Positions 11,574 through 22,658 of a stretch of 64,000 nucleotides of DNA are shown one piece after another. Both the position numbers and the translations under genes were made by a program. Each line of letters opens with the position of its first letter. Position 1 is the first letter of the stretch. The notes below the pieces were generated by a model. That model saw only the letters and a program-made list of their open reading frames with translations, was not told the origin of the DNA and ran no database searches. The stretch comes from Azolla caroliniana (taxonomy: Eukaryota > Plantae > Polypodiophyta), in the NCBI GenBank assembly GCA_043228905.1, contig JBHGNT010000030.1:1-64000 (forward strand), given 5' to 3'.

Positions 11574-13613
11574 ATGGAGGCTCAACAAGCTAACAATATG
11601 ATGGCGATGTTCGAACGGATGCTTCAAGAACAACGCACGATGTCGGAGATTTCGGCATCAGTAGAGCGGCTCGTGCAACGCAACGGGCAATTTAATGGTA
11701 AGGATGTGTCGCGATATTTGCAGGACTACAAGGCGGAGATGCTCCGGTGCCGGGCTTCGGAAGGACTGCAAGTGACATCCTTTAACCGGGTGGCGACCGA
11801 CGGGCTTCAAGGGAGTATCCACGGGTTGCAACAACAAAATCCGACGTGGGAAGCATTCGAAGAGGCGTTAAAGACCACGTTTGCCATCGAGGACTCCTCC
11901 AAGGCAACGCGGAGGGGATTCGAGGATTGGGTGGAAACGTCAGGTAAGGGGTTGAAGGTCCTCGAAGTGTTTTCGACATTCGAAAGTCGGTTCGGGAGGT
12001 TGTCCGCGAGAGATCAAACTATTCTTGCGCCGGACAAAGTCATCATGTTTTTGCGAGCTGTGGACGTCCGGGACCGGAAAGATCTCGGAGTGCTTCTTGA
12101 GGACACGACCACCGAAAGCGGCCTCACCGAAACATGGGAAAGCGTGCGGGATATCGTCGCGCGGTACACGAAGAGGGGGCAATGGCTTGCCAACGAAGAA
12201 AAGAGGGTTTCGGAACCGATTCCGAAACCGAGAACGGGACTGGAAGACCATCAACCGAGGGCTCGGGAGATTACGGCCGAGAAGGGAGTCGACGCGTCTA
12301 CGGTGGAGCAGCTGCTGAAGGAGATGGAGAATCTAAAGATCGCGATGGTGAAGAAGTCGGACGACCGCCCCACAAGCTCCAAATATACGGATCGACGGTG
12401 CATATGGTGCGATAGCGCCGAACACGATCGGAGGGATTGCGACGACCATAAGGAGGCGCTACGACGGGATCTCATCTACTACGAGGGAAACCGGATTCAT
12501 TCGATGGACTCTCGGAAGCCACTCCGACCGAACTTCCGGAAAGGCGGCATGAAGAAGGTGCTCGAGGAGGAGTTAGCGGCAAGAAGCAACTATGCGACAA
12601 CCGCGGGAATATGTGTCGGGGAGTCAACGGGAGCGAAGGCGTCTTTCTGGCCGGAGGTGCTAGGAAACACCGAGAAAACCGACTCCAACGATATCCGAAA
12701 CACCGCGGAAGGCGTCCGGGAAGCTACGGGATGGGAGTGCCCTGTCGACAAGAATAGCATATACGCCCTGTGTCAATTACATGAGGTGTATGTGGACGAG
12801 AAACGACGGCGCACAGAGGATGCGGCCGGACCATCGAAGATACCGGAAAGCTGGAACTCCGGAGGTAAGGGAAAAGAAAAGGCGACTCCGGCATTCAAGC
12901 TCGCCTCGGACATAGAACAACAAACCGACTTGAAAAGAGTGTTCGAGGAAAGAATCTTGGATAGCCGGGTAGATTTTTCGCTGCGGGAACTACTCGGAAT
13001 AGCGAAGAAGGAGTTTCACGATCTTCTCGTGGATCTCGTGAAAAGGAAGAGACAAAGTACGGAGGAAAATGCTCCAAGGGTGAATGCAAATACCGTTTCA
13101 ATGAACGACACCGAAGTGGAAGGCGAAATTCCGAACTCCCACTATACAAGGCCACACTGGGCACGTGCGACTACGGAGACTCCGGTCCGAATCGGCAACA
13201 TCAAAGAACCCGTGCTAGCATTGATTGATCACGGATCGGAGATCAACTTGATGTCCAAGGAGTTCTACCGAAAGGGGAAGTGGCCTATAAACACCAACCA
13301 TGGATGGAAGATTCGGGCAGCCACGAAAACGACAGAAGACCTATTTGCGGCTTGTCCGGATGTGACGGTAAAGATCGGGGATGTCGAAATTGACCAAAAT
13401 TTCTTTGTGCAGGATGAGGTTCCACATTCTGTCATCCTCGGCCAACCCTTTATCACGGCTTCACGGATGGAGACGAAGGTGCTCGATAGTGGTGCGGCTT
13501 TTGCGCGAATTCGGAGCCAAAACGGAGGGAAATCCGTCCAATTCCTAACGGTGCCGGCAAATCACGAAAGGAACAAGAGGGAACTCTTGTCCCAAGTGAG
13601 AATGGATTTTTAA
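11574..13613 (+). CDS. Gypsy B Gag-protease polyprotein
   Basis: Intact ORF from the first ATG after the PBS. CCHC knuckle CIWCDSAEHDRRDC; aspartic protease ALIDHGSEINLM and ILGQPF. Confidence 0.9.
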   Translation: MEAQQANNMMAMFERMLQEQRTMSEISASVERLVQRNGQFNGKDVSRYLQDYKAEMLRCRASEGLQVTSFNRVATDGLQGSIHGLQQQNPTWEAFEEALKTTFAIEDSSKATRRGFEDWVETSGKGLKVLEVFSTFESRFGRLSARDQTILAPDKVIMFLRAVDVRDRKDLGVLLEDTTTESGLTETWESVRDIVARYTKRGQWLANEEKRVSEPIPKPRTGLEDHQPRAREITAEKGVDASTVEQLLKEMENLKIAMVKKSDDRPTSSKYTDRRCIWCDSAEHDRRDCDDHKEALRRDLIYYEGNRIHSMDSRKPLRPNFRKGGMKKVLEEELAARSNYATTAGICVGESTGAKASFWPEVLGNTEKTDSNDIRNTAEGVREATGWECPVDKNSIYALCQLHEVYVDEKRRRTEDAAGPSKIPESWNSGGKGKEKATPAFKLASDIEQQTDLKRVFEERILDSRVDFSLRELLGIAKKEFHDLLVDLVKRKRQSTEENAPRVNANTVSMNDTEVEGEIPNSHYTRPHWARATTETPVRIGNIKEPVLALIDHGSEINLMSKEFYRKGKWPINTNHGWKIRAATKTTEDLFAACPDVTVKIGDVEIDQNFFVQDEVPHSVILGQPFITASRMETKVLDSGAAFARIRSQNGGKSVQFLTVPANHERNKRELLSQVRMDF

Positions 13614-15836
13614 AGCGGACTGTTGCGGAGTGGGGAAGTGATAGTCCGAGAAGCCCTGATACCCCACACAGGAAGAAAACTCTCGGAGCAAAACAAGTAC
13701 GAATCGGCCCGGATGGGGCATCTACGTACACGGCCGTAACCGGAGGAATGAAGAAACAATACCGACAAGTGGAGGATAAGTTACGGTCGGCATCAATAAT
13801 AAAAGAAGACGAAGAAATCGTGGGAGTGATCGAGGAAGTGTTCTATGGGAATACACTACAACGGCTTGAAGAGCTTGCGGAAGATAAAAGCCAAGGGAAC
13901 CGGGTAGTCCCGGTGGAATCGGTCGAGATGTACGAGATCGTTGCGAAAATGGGGCCGGATGCGCTCCGCAAAGAAGAAGCAATGGTAAGTACGAAATACA
14001 AGACCGTGGAGAAGAAGGTGAAACCGGCCGCGGGACCACTACCCGCCGATAGCGAACAAAAGAAGAAAGAAGTCTCGGGAGATCCGACACTTCGGAAGTC
14101 CGTGGATATCGGACATGCCTTCACAGATGAGACCCGGAAGAAACTTCGGATCGGTGGAGGTGGGTTCCTCTTACAAGAAGAAGAAAAACGGTTTCGAGAG
14201 ATGTTGGAGCAACATGGCAAAGCATTCGCGTTCACATCGAGGGAGATCGGATGCATTGATCCAAAGATAGTGGAGCCGATGGTGATTTTCACGATTGATC
14301 ATGTACCGTGGAACCTGAAGCCGATTCCGGTGCCACGGGCGCATATTCCGAAAGTCATCGACTTGCTCAAGGAGAAGGTGGCGATGGGGATTCTAGAGCC
14401 ATCAAGTGCTCCGTACTCAAATCGATGGTTTACGGTTCCGAAGAAGAATGGGTCACTCCGATTCATCCAAGACTTACAACCGGTGAACAAGGTCACGATC
14501 CGGAACTCGGGAGTCGGTCCGATAGTGGACGAATTCGCGGAAGCTTTTGCCGGACGTGCGATATACTCCATCGGGGACCTATACTCGGGGTATGACCAAT
14601 TCCAACTAGCCGTGGAGAGCCGAGACATCACTACCATGCGGACACCGATAGGACTAGTTCGAATGTGCACACTACCACAAGGAGCGACAAACTCGGTTGC
14701 ACATATGATGAATGCGATGAACAAGGTGCTTCGAGATTGCATCCCGGAGATAACGATGCCGTTTCTAGATGACATTCCGATGAAAGGATGCGCGGTGGAA
14801 GAAAAAGATGAGACTATGGATGATCGGGGATGCCGAAAGTTCATGGTCGACCATATTCATGATTGCGAGAAAGTGTTGCGAAAGCTAGAAGATGTGCACC
14901 TAACACTTTCCGGGGAGAAATCGGCATTCGGGCAAGAAGAAATATAGGTGGTCGATTCAAGATCGATGCGATTCAAGCTATGAAGGAAGTATGTGAGTCA
15001 ACATCGGAAGTCCGAAGGTTTCTGGGTGCGTGTGCATTCTATCACATATGGATTCCGCACTATGCACATATAGCGGACCCGCTCTATCACTTGTTGCGGA
15101 AAGGTAAGAAATTCGAGTGGAAACCGGAACACACTAAAGCCATGAGGAAGCTCAAGAAGACACTATGGAGGGCGGAATCACTCAAGAAGCCAAGCTACGA
15201 GCGGCCAATCATAGTAACGGTTGATACAAGTCCAACCGGTATCGGGTGGGTCATCAATCAAGCCGACTCGGATGGTTCGCGGTATCCGATCCGATTTGGA
15301 GCAAAGGTCCTCAACGAAAGGCAACGCGGATATGCACAAGTCAAAAGAGAATTGTGGGGAGTCGTGTCGGCGATAAAATCGGATCGGGATTATTTGATCG
15401 GAGCTGAAGTGGTGATCGAGACGGATTGTCTTCCGATACTCGGGATGATGCGGTGTTGTACGATACCGGATGTGGCTATGCTAAGGTGGATTGCATATGT
15501 CAAGTCACTTAATCCGGAGGTTCGACACATCTCGGGGAAGGACAACGCGGTAGCGGACATGTTATCGAGGGCGCGGTTTGAAGACGACATAACCGAATCA
15601 GATAATGAAGAAGTTTCCGAAGACTACTTCACGTCAGAACACATATGCCGAGTGAACGTGATCCGAGAATTCCGGGAAGAAGAATACGAGGGGGAAACCT
15701 TGATGATCGGGAAGATGCTACAAGAGGTCGAGGATTCAACCAATGATAAAGAAAGGAGAGCCGAGATCCGAAGGAAGAAGAGGCAAGTCCAAAAGTTCTT
15801 CTTGGAAAACGGTTTAATATGGAGGACGCCGAAAAG
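13610..15836 (+). pseudogene. Gypsy B Pol (RT-RNase H), -1 frame relative to gag-PR
   Basis: Frame is open from 13610. RT motifs DLYSGYDQF, LPQGATNS, PFLDD. RNase H TVDTSPTGIG, NAVADMLSR. Deletion/frameshift at ~14945; interrupted by Copia D at 15837. Confidence 0.9.
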
Positions 15837-16504
15837 TGTTGGGAATCACCGCTTGGATTCACCTTCACCTCTCCGGCTCAACCGATTAATCGCGGATCAA
15901 TGCAGCAGAAAATAGGAAATACAGAGAAAGACGCGATACACAGGGATTAACGTGGAAAACCCTAACTGGGGAAAAAAAAACCACGGGAGTCCTCAAACTC
16001 CAACTATCACTATAGACAGAGATGTACAATGGTGAAGCTACAAGGCAACAACCTTGAGCTCACTGTCTTCGCCACAGGCGGCGGTAATACACAGAGGCAA
16101 CGACCTCTTCGTCTCTCTCGCTCTCTCTCTCTCTTTTTCTCTCGGCTGTTCTCCCTTCGCATGAAAAATGAGCAACAACATAAACTGTTTGCCCTAAGTC
16201 ATATTTATACACATATGACTTTCGGGCTATTTACAAATATAGCCTCAAGGGCTCTTGGCAAACATATTCACAAATATGTCCCCGCATCCGGATCTCCCTC
16301 CGGGTACATTCGTCATCCGGCACCGTAGCCGGGGTCTTCATCATCCGGCTCCGTAGCCGGGGTATTCATCATCCGGCTCCGTAGCCGGGGTATTCATCAT
16401 CCGGCTCCGTAGCCGGGGTCTTCATCATCCGGCACCGTAACCGCAACCGGGCTTGCCGTCATTCATCTCCGGACATCCCATCCGGAGGGACCGAAATCCC
16501 AACA
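15837..16504 (-). repeat. 3' LTR of Copia D
   Basis: 668 bp, TG..CA; 4 full plus 1 partial 28-bp units. Confidence 0.95.
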
Positions 16505-16514
16505 AACTCCCCCT

Positions 16515-18205
16515 TCACTTCGGCATGGGATGTCTCTCCAATCCGACCCTCTTCCGGCATGCTTCCAGCTTGTCGGGTGTGAGCACCTTGGTCAGCATAT
16601 CCGACCCGTTGTCGTCCGTGTGGACCTTCGTCAGCACGAACTCCTTGTCTTCTATCCTTTCCCGGATCCAGTGGTATCTACGCTGGATGTGTTTCGTCCG
16701 GGAATGGTAGGCCGCGTTCTTTGCAAGGTGGATGGCACTCTGACTGTCGTAGTAGAGTCGGTACTCCTCCTGCCGGATACCGAGCTCTCTAATGAAGTCC
16801 TTCATCCATATTATTTCTTTGCCTGCTTCAACAGCCGCCATGTACTCCGCCTCCGTGGTTGACAGCGCAACCGTCTTCTGTAGCCTCGACTGCCACGAAA
16901 CGGCTCCCCCTGCATACGTCATCACATACCCTGATGTGGACCGGCTGGTATCTGCATCAGCCGACATATCCGAATCGGTGAAGCCGTCGAGTTCGGGCTT
17001 ACCGGAGCCGAATCGGAGGCACACGTTTGCCGTGCCCTTCAGGTATCGGAGTATCCACTTGGCCGCGTTCCAATGCTCTTTGCCGGGATTGCTCATGTAC
17101 CGGCTCACAACTCCGACTGCATACCCGATGTCCGGTCTCGTACACACCATGGCGTACATCAAGCTCCCGACGGCTGAGGCATACGGCACTTTCATCATAT
17201 CCTCCTTTTCAGCCTTTGTCTTGGGGCTTTGCTTGCTGGACAACTTGCAGTTTGCCGGGAGGGTTGACCCGACCGGTCTTGCTTCCGACATGTTGAACCG
17301 GTGAAGCACCTTTGTCACGTACTTCTCCTGTGACAGCCACAACTGCTTCTTCTTCCGGTCCCGGATGATGTGCATCCCTAATATTTGCCTCGCCGGACCC
17401 AGGTCCTTCATTGAGAAGGTTCGGTGAAGAGCCTTCTTCAGCATCCGTATCTTGACCTGGTCCCGTCCGACGATCAACATGTCGTCCACGTACAGGAGGA
17501 GTATTAGAGAGTCTCCTCCTTCGAACTTCTTCACAAACACGCAGTGGTCGGACTGCGTTTTGAGGTACCCTTCGTCGGTCATGAAGGAGTCGAACTTCCG
17601 GTACCATTGCCGGGGAGCCTGCTTCAGTCCGTAAAGGCTCTTCTTCAACCGGCATACCAGGTGCTCCTTCCCTTTCTTCTCGAATCCTTCCGGTTGCTGC
17701 ATGTAGATCTCTTCTTCGAGGTCACCGTGAAGGAATGCCGTCTTCACGTCCATCTGTTCTACCTCGAGGTCCATGCTTGCCGCTATGCTCAGCACCGTCC
17801 GGATGGAGGTCATCTTCACTACCGGGGCAAATATCTCGTCGAAGTCGACGCCCTTCTTCTGCTGAAACCCCTTCACCACGATCCTGGCTTTGTATCTCGG
17901 GGGGTTTTCGGCATCTCCCGGTTTCAGCTTGAACACCCACTTGTTTCGAAGTGCCCGCTTTCCTTTCGGCAACTCCACAAGTTCATATGTGTGGTTCTCA
18001 TGCAGGGAATCCATCTCGTCCTGCATGGCACTCAACCACCTGCGGCTCTGGGTGTCATGTTTTGCTTCTTCAAAGCTCTCCGGCTCCCCCTCGTCGGTTA
18101 GCAGCACGTGCTCTGGTTCCGGAAATCTCCGGGGGGCCCTTCTCTCTCTTAGAGGATATCTCCGTTCCGGAGCTTCGGTAACCGGCTCATCCGTTTCCTC
18201 TTCAT
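16515..18205 (-). CDS. Copia D RT-RNase H part of the polyprotein
   Basis: Open frame with YKARIVVKGF, QMDVKTAFLHG, SLYGLKQAPRQW, LLLYVDDML, STTEAEY, RTKHI. Separated from gag-IN by a single frameshift. Confidence 0.92.
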
Positions 18206-20559
18206 CCGGTATCAGTTTCATCTTCCTCGGCCGGTTCTAATTCTTCACCGTCTTCGGCCGGATCCTCGAGTGCTAACCGGTCCCTTGCCGGTCGGGACTG
18301 CTCCTCGTAGAGTTGATCCTCACCGGTCGACTTGGAGCTCTTCACCTTCTTCTCCGACTCCCAGTCGGCGAGTGTCTTGTCCTCCATGAAGATGATGTCT
18401 CGACTCCTGAATATCTTCTTGTCGACCGGGTCCCATACTCGGTAGCCGAACTCGTCGTCGCCGTAACCGAGGAATATGCATGGCCGGGTCTTTGGATCTA
18501 GCTTTCCTCTCCGGTCCTTTGCCACATGCACGTAAGCGAGACACCCGAACACCTTCAGATGCCGGTAGGACACTTCCTTACCGGTCCACACTTTCTGCGG
18601 CGTGTCTCCGTCCAAAGGTACTGAGGGTGATCTGTTTATCACATACGTCGCCGTCGACATTGCCTCAGCCCAAAATCCCTTGGGTAATTTCGCATGCGCC
18701 AGCATACTCCGGACCCTCTCCATTATGGTACGGTTCATCCTCTCGGCCAGCCCGTTCAGTTCCGGCGTCTTCGGCACAGTAAACTCGAGTCGGATACCCT
18801 TCGAGCGACAGTACTCCTGGAACTGCCCCCGGTATTCCCCTCCGTTATCCGCTCGTATCGCTTTCAGCTTCTTGCCGGATTCCCTTTCCACTCTCGCGTG
18901 GAGTTCTTTGAAGATGCACAACACTTGGTCCTTTGTCTTCATCGATGCCGTCCACAGTTTTCGGCTATGATCATCAATGAATGTTACGAAGTACTGGGCT
19001 CCGCCATGTGACTTCGTTTCTACCTGACACACATCAGTGTGCACCAACTCCAGTGGTGCGCCACGTCTCGTCGGTGGCCTTGAGTGGAAGGAGGTTCGGT
19101 TCTGCTTACCGGCCAGGCAATCGGTGCACTTCTCCAGGTGCACATGCTTCACTGGAATAAGGTTGTCTTCTGCAAGCCTCTTCATCCCCTTCTCACTCAT
19201 GTGGCACAGTCTCTTGTGCCACAGCTCACCGGCAGTGTCGGCTGCCACATTCAGCTCTTCCGGACATAACCGGGCATTCATCAGGTACAGTGTGTTGACT
19301 TTCCGGGCCCGAGCCACTATCAGGCTCCCCTTGCTGAACTTCATTACGCCGTTCCGGATGCTACCTGTGTAGCCTTCATCGTCTAGCCTCCCGGCCGAAA
19401 TCAGGTTCAATCGAACCTCCGGAACGTGACGGACATCCTTCAGCAGCATTTTGCATCCGGTCGGGGTTGTCAACCACACGTCTCCTATGCCGGCAATCCG
19501 GCATGTGCCTTCATTTCCCATCCGGACACAGCCCTGCTCACCGGCTGTGTAGGATGAGAAGTATTTCTTCTCCGGGGTCAGGTGGAACGACGCTCCGGAA
19601 TCGACCACCCAGGTCATCTCTACACCGGCAAGGTTCAGCTCCCTCTCTTCGGTAATGAGCATTATCTCTTCTTCACTTGCCGCGAGTGCCGTCGTTCCTT
19701 TCCGGTCCTGCCCTCGCCGATCCGGACCTCTCCGGTCCGTGGCTCCCCGGTATGCACCGTTTCTCTCCGGTGACTTCTTCGATTCGGTGTCGTCGGCTCC
19801 GTTGTCCTTTCGGTAATGCCGACAATTCTTCCGGAAGTGCCCCGGCTTCCCACAGTGGAAGCATGTGGGCCTTCCTCTTGACTGCGACCGGGTCCCCGAC
19901 TTCTCCCGTCTTTGCGGACTCCGGTTCCATTGTCTTCCCCGTTCCGATTCGGTAAGCAGCGCCTTCGAGTCGGAGGCCGGTTCTTTATCTCTCCGACGCG
20001 CTTCTTCGTTCAAAATACTTGTCTTTACCGTTTGTAGAGACAAGTTATCTTCGGTGCAGGAGGTGCTGAGAGTCACCACCAAGTTCTCCCAGCTATCCGG
20101 CAATGTACACATCAGGATGATGGCTTGCATTGCATCCTCCAACGGGAACTTGATCGCCGCAAGCTGATTCACGAATCCCATGAACGTGCTTACGTGTTCC
20201 ACCATACTCTCGCCGTCCCGGTACTTGAGATTCACTATCTTCCTCATCAGGGAGGTCCGGTTCAACGCATTCTTCCTCTCGTAGAGGCCCGACAGCTTCT
20301 TCCATATCTCATATGCGTTGGTGTCGTTTGCCACATGTTGTAGGACGCTCACGTCGACGTATTGTCGGATCGTCGCTACGGCTTTCCGGTTCAGGAGCTT
20401 CCACTCCGACTCAAGTACACCTTTCGGTATTTCCGACCTGTCAATCGGTTCGTACAGGTCCCGAACAATCAGAAGGTCCTCCATCTTGATCTTCCAGTCG
20501 GCGTAATTCTGTGCATTCAGCACCATCATCATCGGCTGCCCGCTGCCGCCGCCTTCCAT
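18202..20559 (-). CDS. Copia D Gag-PR-integrase part of the polyprotein
   Basis: ATG at 20559 after the PBS. CFHCGKPGHFRKNC, WVVDSGASFH, LWHKRLCH, ELVHTDVC, DNGGEY, PELNGLAERMNRT. Confidence 0.92.
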   Translation of the reverse strand: MEGGGSGQPMMMVLNAQNYADWKIKMEDLLIVRDLYEPIDRSEIPKGVLESEWKLLNRKAVATIRQYVDVSVLQHVANDTNAYEIWKKLSGLYERKNALNRTSLMRKIVNLKYRDGESMVEHVSTFMGFVNQLAAIKFPLEDAMQAIILMCTLPDSWENLVVTLSTSCTEDNLSLQTVKTSILNEEARRRDKEPASDSKALLTESERGRQWNRSPQRREKSGTRSQSRGRPTCFHCGKPGHFRKNCRHYRKDNGADDTESKKSPERNGAYRGATDRRGPDRRGQDRKGTTALAASEEEIMLITEERELNLAGVEMTWVVDSGASFHLTPEKKYFSSYTAGEQGCVRMGNEGTCRIAGIGDVWLTTPTGCKMLLKDVRHVPEVRLNLISAGRLDDEGYTGSIRNGVMKFSKGSLIVARARKVNTLYLMNARLCPEELNVAADTAGELWHKRLCHMSEKGMKRLAEDNLIPVKHVHLEKCTDCLAGKQNRTSFHSRPPTRRGAPLELVHTDVCQVETKSHGGAQYFVTFIDDHSRKLWTASMKTKDQVLCIFKELHARVERESGKKLKAIRADNGGEYRGQFQEYCRSKGIRLEFTVPKTPELNGLAERMNRTIMERVRSMLAHAKLPKGFWAEAMSTATYVINRSPSVPLDGDTPQKVWTGKEVSYRHLKVFGCLAYVHVAKDRRGKLDPKTRPCIFLGYGDDEFGYRVWDPVDKKIFRSRDIIFMEDKTLADWESEKKVKSSKSTGEDQLYEEQSRPARDRLALEDPAEDGEELEPAEEDETDTG

Positions 20560-20587
20560 TTTCTGCAACAGTGCTCTGATACCAGTT

Positions 20588-21311
20588 TGTTGGGAATCAC
20601 CGCTTGGATTCACCTTCACCTCTCCGGCTCAACCGATTAATCGCGGATCAATGCAGCAGAAAATAGGAAATACAGAGAAAGACGCGATACACAGGGATTA
20701 ACGTGGAAAACCCTAACTGGGGAAAAAAAAACCACGGGAGTCCTCAAACTCCAACTATCACTATAGACAGAGATGTACAATGGTGAAGCTACAAGGCAAC
20801 AACCTTGAGCTCACTGTCTTCGCCACAGGCGGCGGTAATACACAGAGGCAACGACCTCTTCGTCTCTCTCGCTCTCTCTCTCTCTTTTTCTCTCGGCTGT
20901 TCTCCCTTCGCATGAAAAATGAGCAACAACATAAACTGTTTGCCCTAAGTCATATTTATACACATATGACTTTCGGGCTATTTACAAATATAGCCTCAAG
21001 GGCTCTTGGCAAACATATTCACAAATATGTCCCCGCATCCGGATCTCCCTCCGGGTACATTCGTCATCCGGCACCGTAGCCGGGGTCTTCATCATCCGGC
21101 TCCGTAGCCGGGGTATTCATCATCCGGCTCCGTAGCCGGGGTATTCATCATCCGGCTCCGTAGCCGGGGTCTTCATCATCCGGCTCCGTAGCCGGGGTAT
21201 TCATCATCCGGCTCCGTAGCCGGGGTCTTCATCATCCGGCACCGTAACCGCAACCGGGCTTGCCGTCATTCATCTCCGGACATCCCATCCGGAGGGACCG
21301 AAATCCCAACA
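20588..21311 (-). repeat. 5' LTR of Copia D
   Basis: 724 bp; 6 full plus 1 partial 28-bp units CATCCGGCTCCGTAGCCGGGGT(A/C)TTCAT. Confidence 0.95.
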
Positions 21312-21316
21312 AAAAG

Positions 21317-22658
21317 ACCGGATGGGATACCACTTCGAGTAGTCGGGACGAAAGAGCAACGAAACCGGATAATATCCGAGTTCCACGAATCCGATTGGGC
21401 TAGACATCGAGGAACATGGGCAACTTTTGTGAAAATCAAGCAAAGATATTGGTGGAAGAACATGTATAAAGATGTCGCGGAGTTCACAGAAAGCTGCGAG
21501 AAATGTCAAGTCTACTCCGGGGTCCGACACCGAGATGAGCTGCATCCGACATTCTCACCGACAATCAACTTCAAGTGGATGGTCGACATTGTAGCTATGC
21601 CGACCGGGATTGGACAAAAGAAATACTTGGTGTTAGCTCGAGAAGATCTCACAAACCAAGTTGAAGGTCGAGCGCTTCGGAGGAAAACGTGTGCCGCGGT
21701 GTGCCAATTTCTTTTGGAAGAAGTGTTTTGTAGGTACGGCTGCGTAGGACAAGTGATTGCGGACCGGGGAGAACTCGACTCGGACAAAGCTAGGGGATTC
21801 TTCGCCAAACATGGAGTTCGGTTAACGTTGACAACGGCCTACAATCCGGAGGCCAACGGGAAGATCGAACGAGGACATAGTCCGATCGTGAAAGCACTTG
21901 CGAAGGCATGCGACGGAAGGGTGAAGGATTGGCCACAAATGCTTCCGTATGCACTATGGGCGGATCGGACGACGCATAGCTCCGTGACCGGTTACATGCC
22001 GGCACAACTCATGACCGGACAAGCACCGGTAATGCCAACGGAAACCGCAATCGCGACATGGACAATACTACCGTGGAAGGAAGAGATGAGCCGGGAAGAA
22101 CTACTAGCGGTCCGGATACGACAACTGGAGGGAAGACCGAAAGATGTAGCGGAAGCGTCACGCCGACAACAAGAAGCACGATTCCGGAACAAAAGCCGGT
22201 TCGACACAAAGCACCGACTACGACCGAGGAGGATTGAAGAAGGAGATTGGGTGATCGTCTATGATAGTAGCTTGGACCATCAACATACAACGATGCGGAA
22301 ATTCGCGAAAAGGTGGTTCGGGCCGTACGAGGTTCGGAAGGTCTTCGACAACGGGACGTACCGACTGTCCGAGTTGGATGGAACAATACTACGAGTGCCT
22401 ATAGCCGGGAAGCGGGTGAAGATTTTCAAAAAGCAGACTGACGACAAACCTTATGTGATCCAAGTCGAGGCCGACAACGAGGAGCAATCGGACGAAGACC
22501 ACAATGATGCGGGAAGCGAAGAAAGTGGATTACAACTCATAGTCGACATAAGGGGAGAATCGGAGGAAGCTTCGGATGAAGACGGATACGAAGAATCAAG
22601 AACTTCGGCACATACCGGAGGATGTGCGGGTTTGGAGGGGGCGAGTGTCGTAGTGTAA
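21317..22658 (+). pseudogene. Gypsy B integrase (continuation of pol after Copia D)
   Basis: C..C of the HHCC motif (SCEKCQ), DRGEL, AYNPEANGKIERGH, GPY (RWFGPYEV), acidic tail, no chromodomain. The stop lies just inside the 3' LTR. Confidence 0.9.

Larger units (their letters stand above)
15837..21311 (-). mobile_element. Ty1/Copia LTR retrotransposon D (Tnt1/Tto1/Tork-like, very young)
   Basis: LTRs 15837-16504 and 20588-21311, identical by eye except for repeat copy number. Perfect TSD AAAAG (15832-15836, 21312-21316). PBS TGGTATCAGAGC at 20584-20573. PPT AGGGGGAGTT 16514-16505. Confidence 0.97.

Noticed and set aside
14930-14965. Second programmed frameshift in B pol
   Set aside because: Conserved RT residues after GQEEI appear to be missing, so this looks like a deletion lesion.
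16310-16445. 28-bp palindromic repeats resembling a CRISPR array
   Set aside because: Units are contiguous with no spacers and lie within a eukaryotic LTR.
20560-20619. ORF-track start of the Copia D polyprotein
   Set aside because: It lies in the LTR/PBS; ATG 20559 is preferred.
13843-20640. Many 100-185-aa opposite-strand ORFs over B and D
   Set aside because: Shadow ORFs of GC-rich pol coding sequence with no domain motifs.
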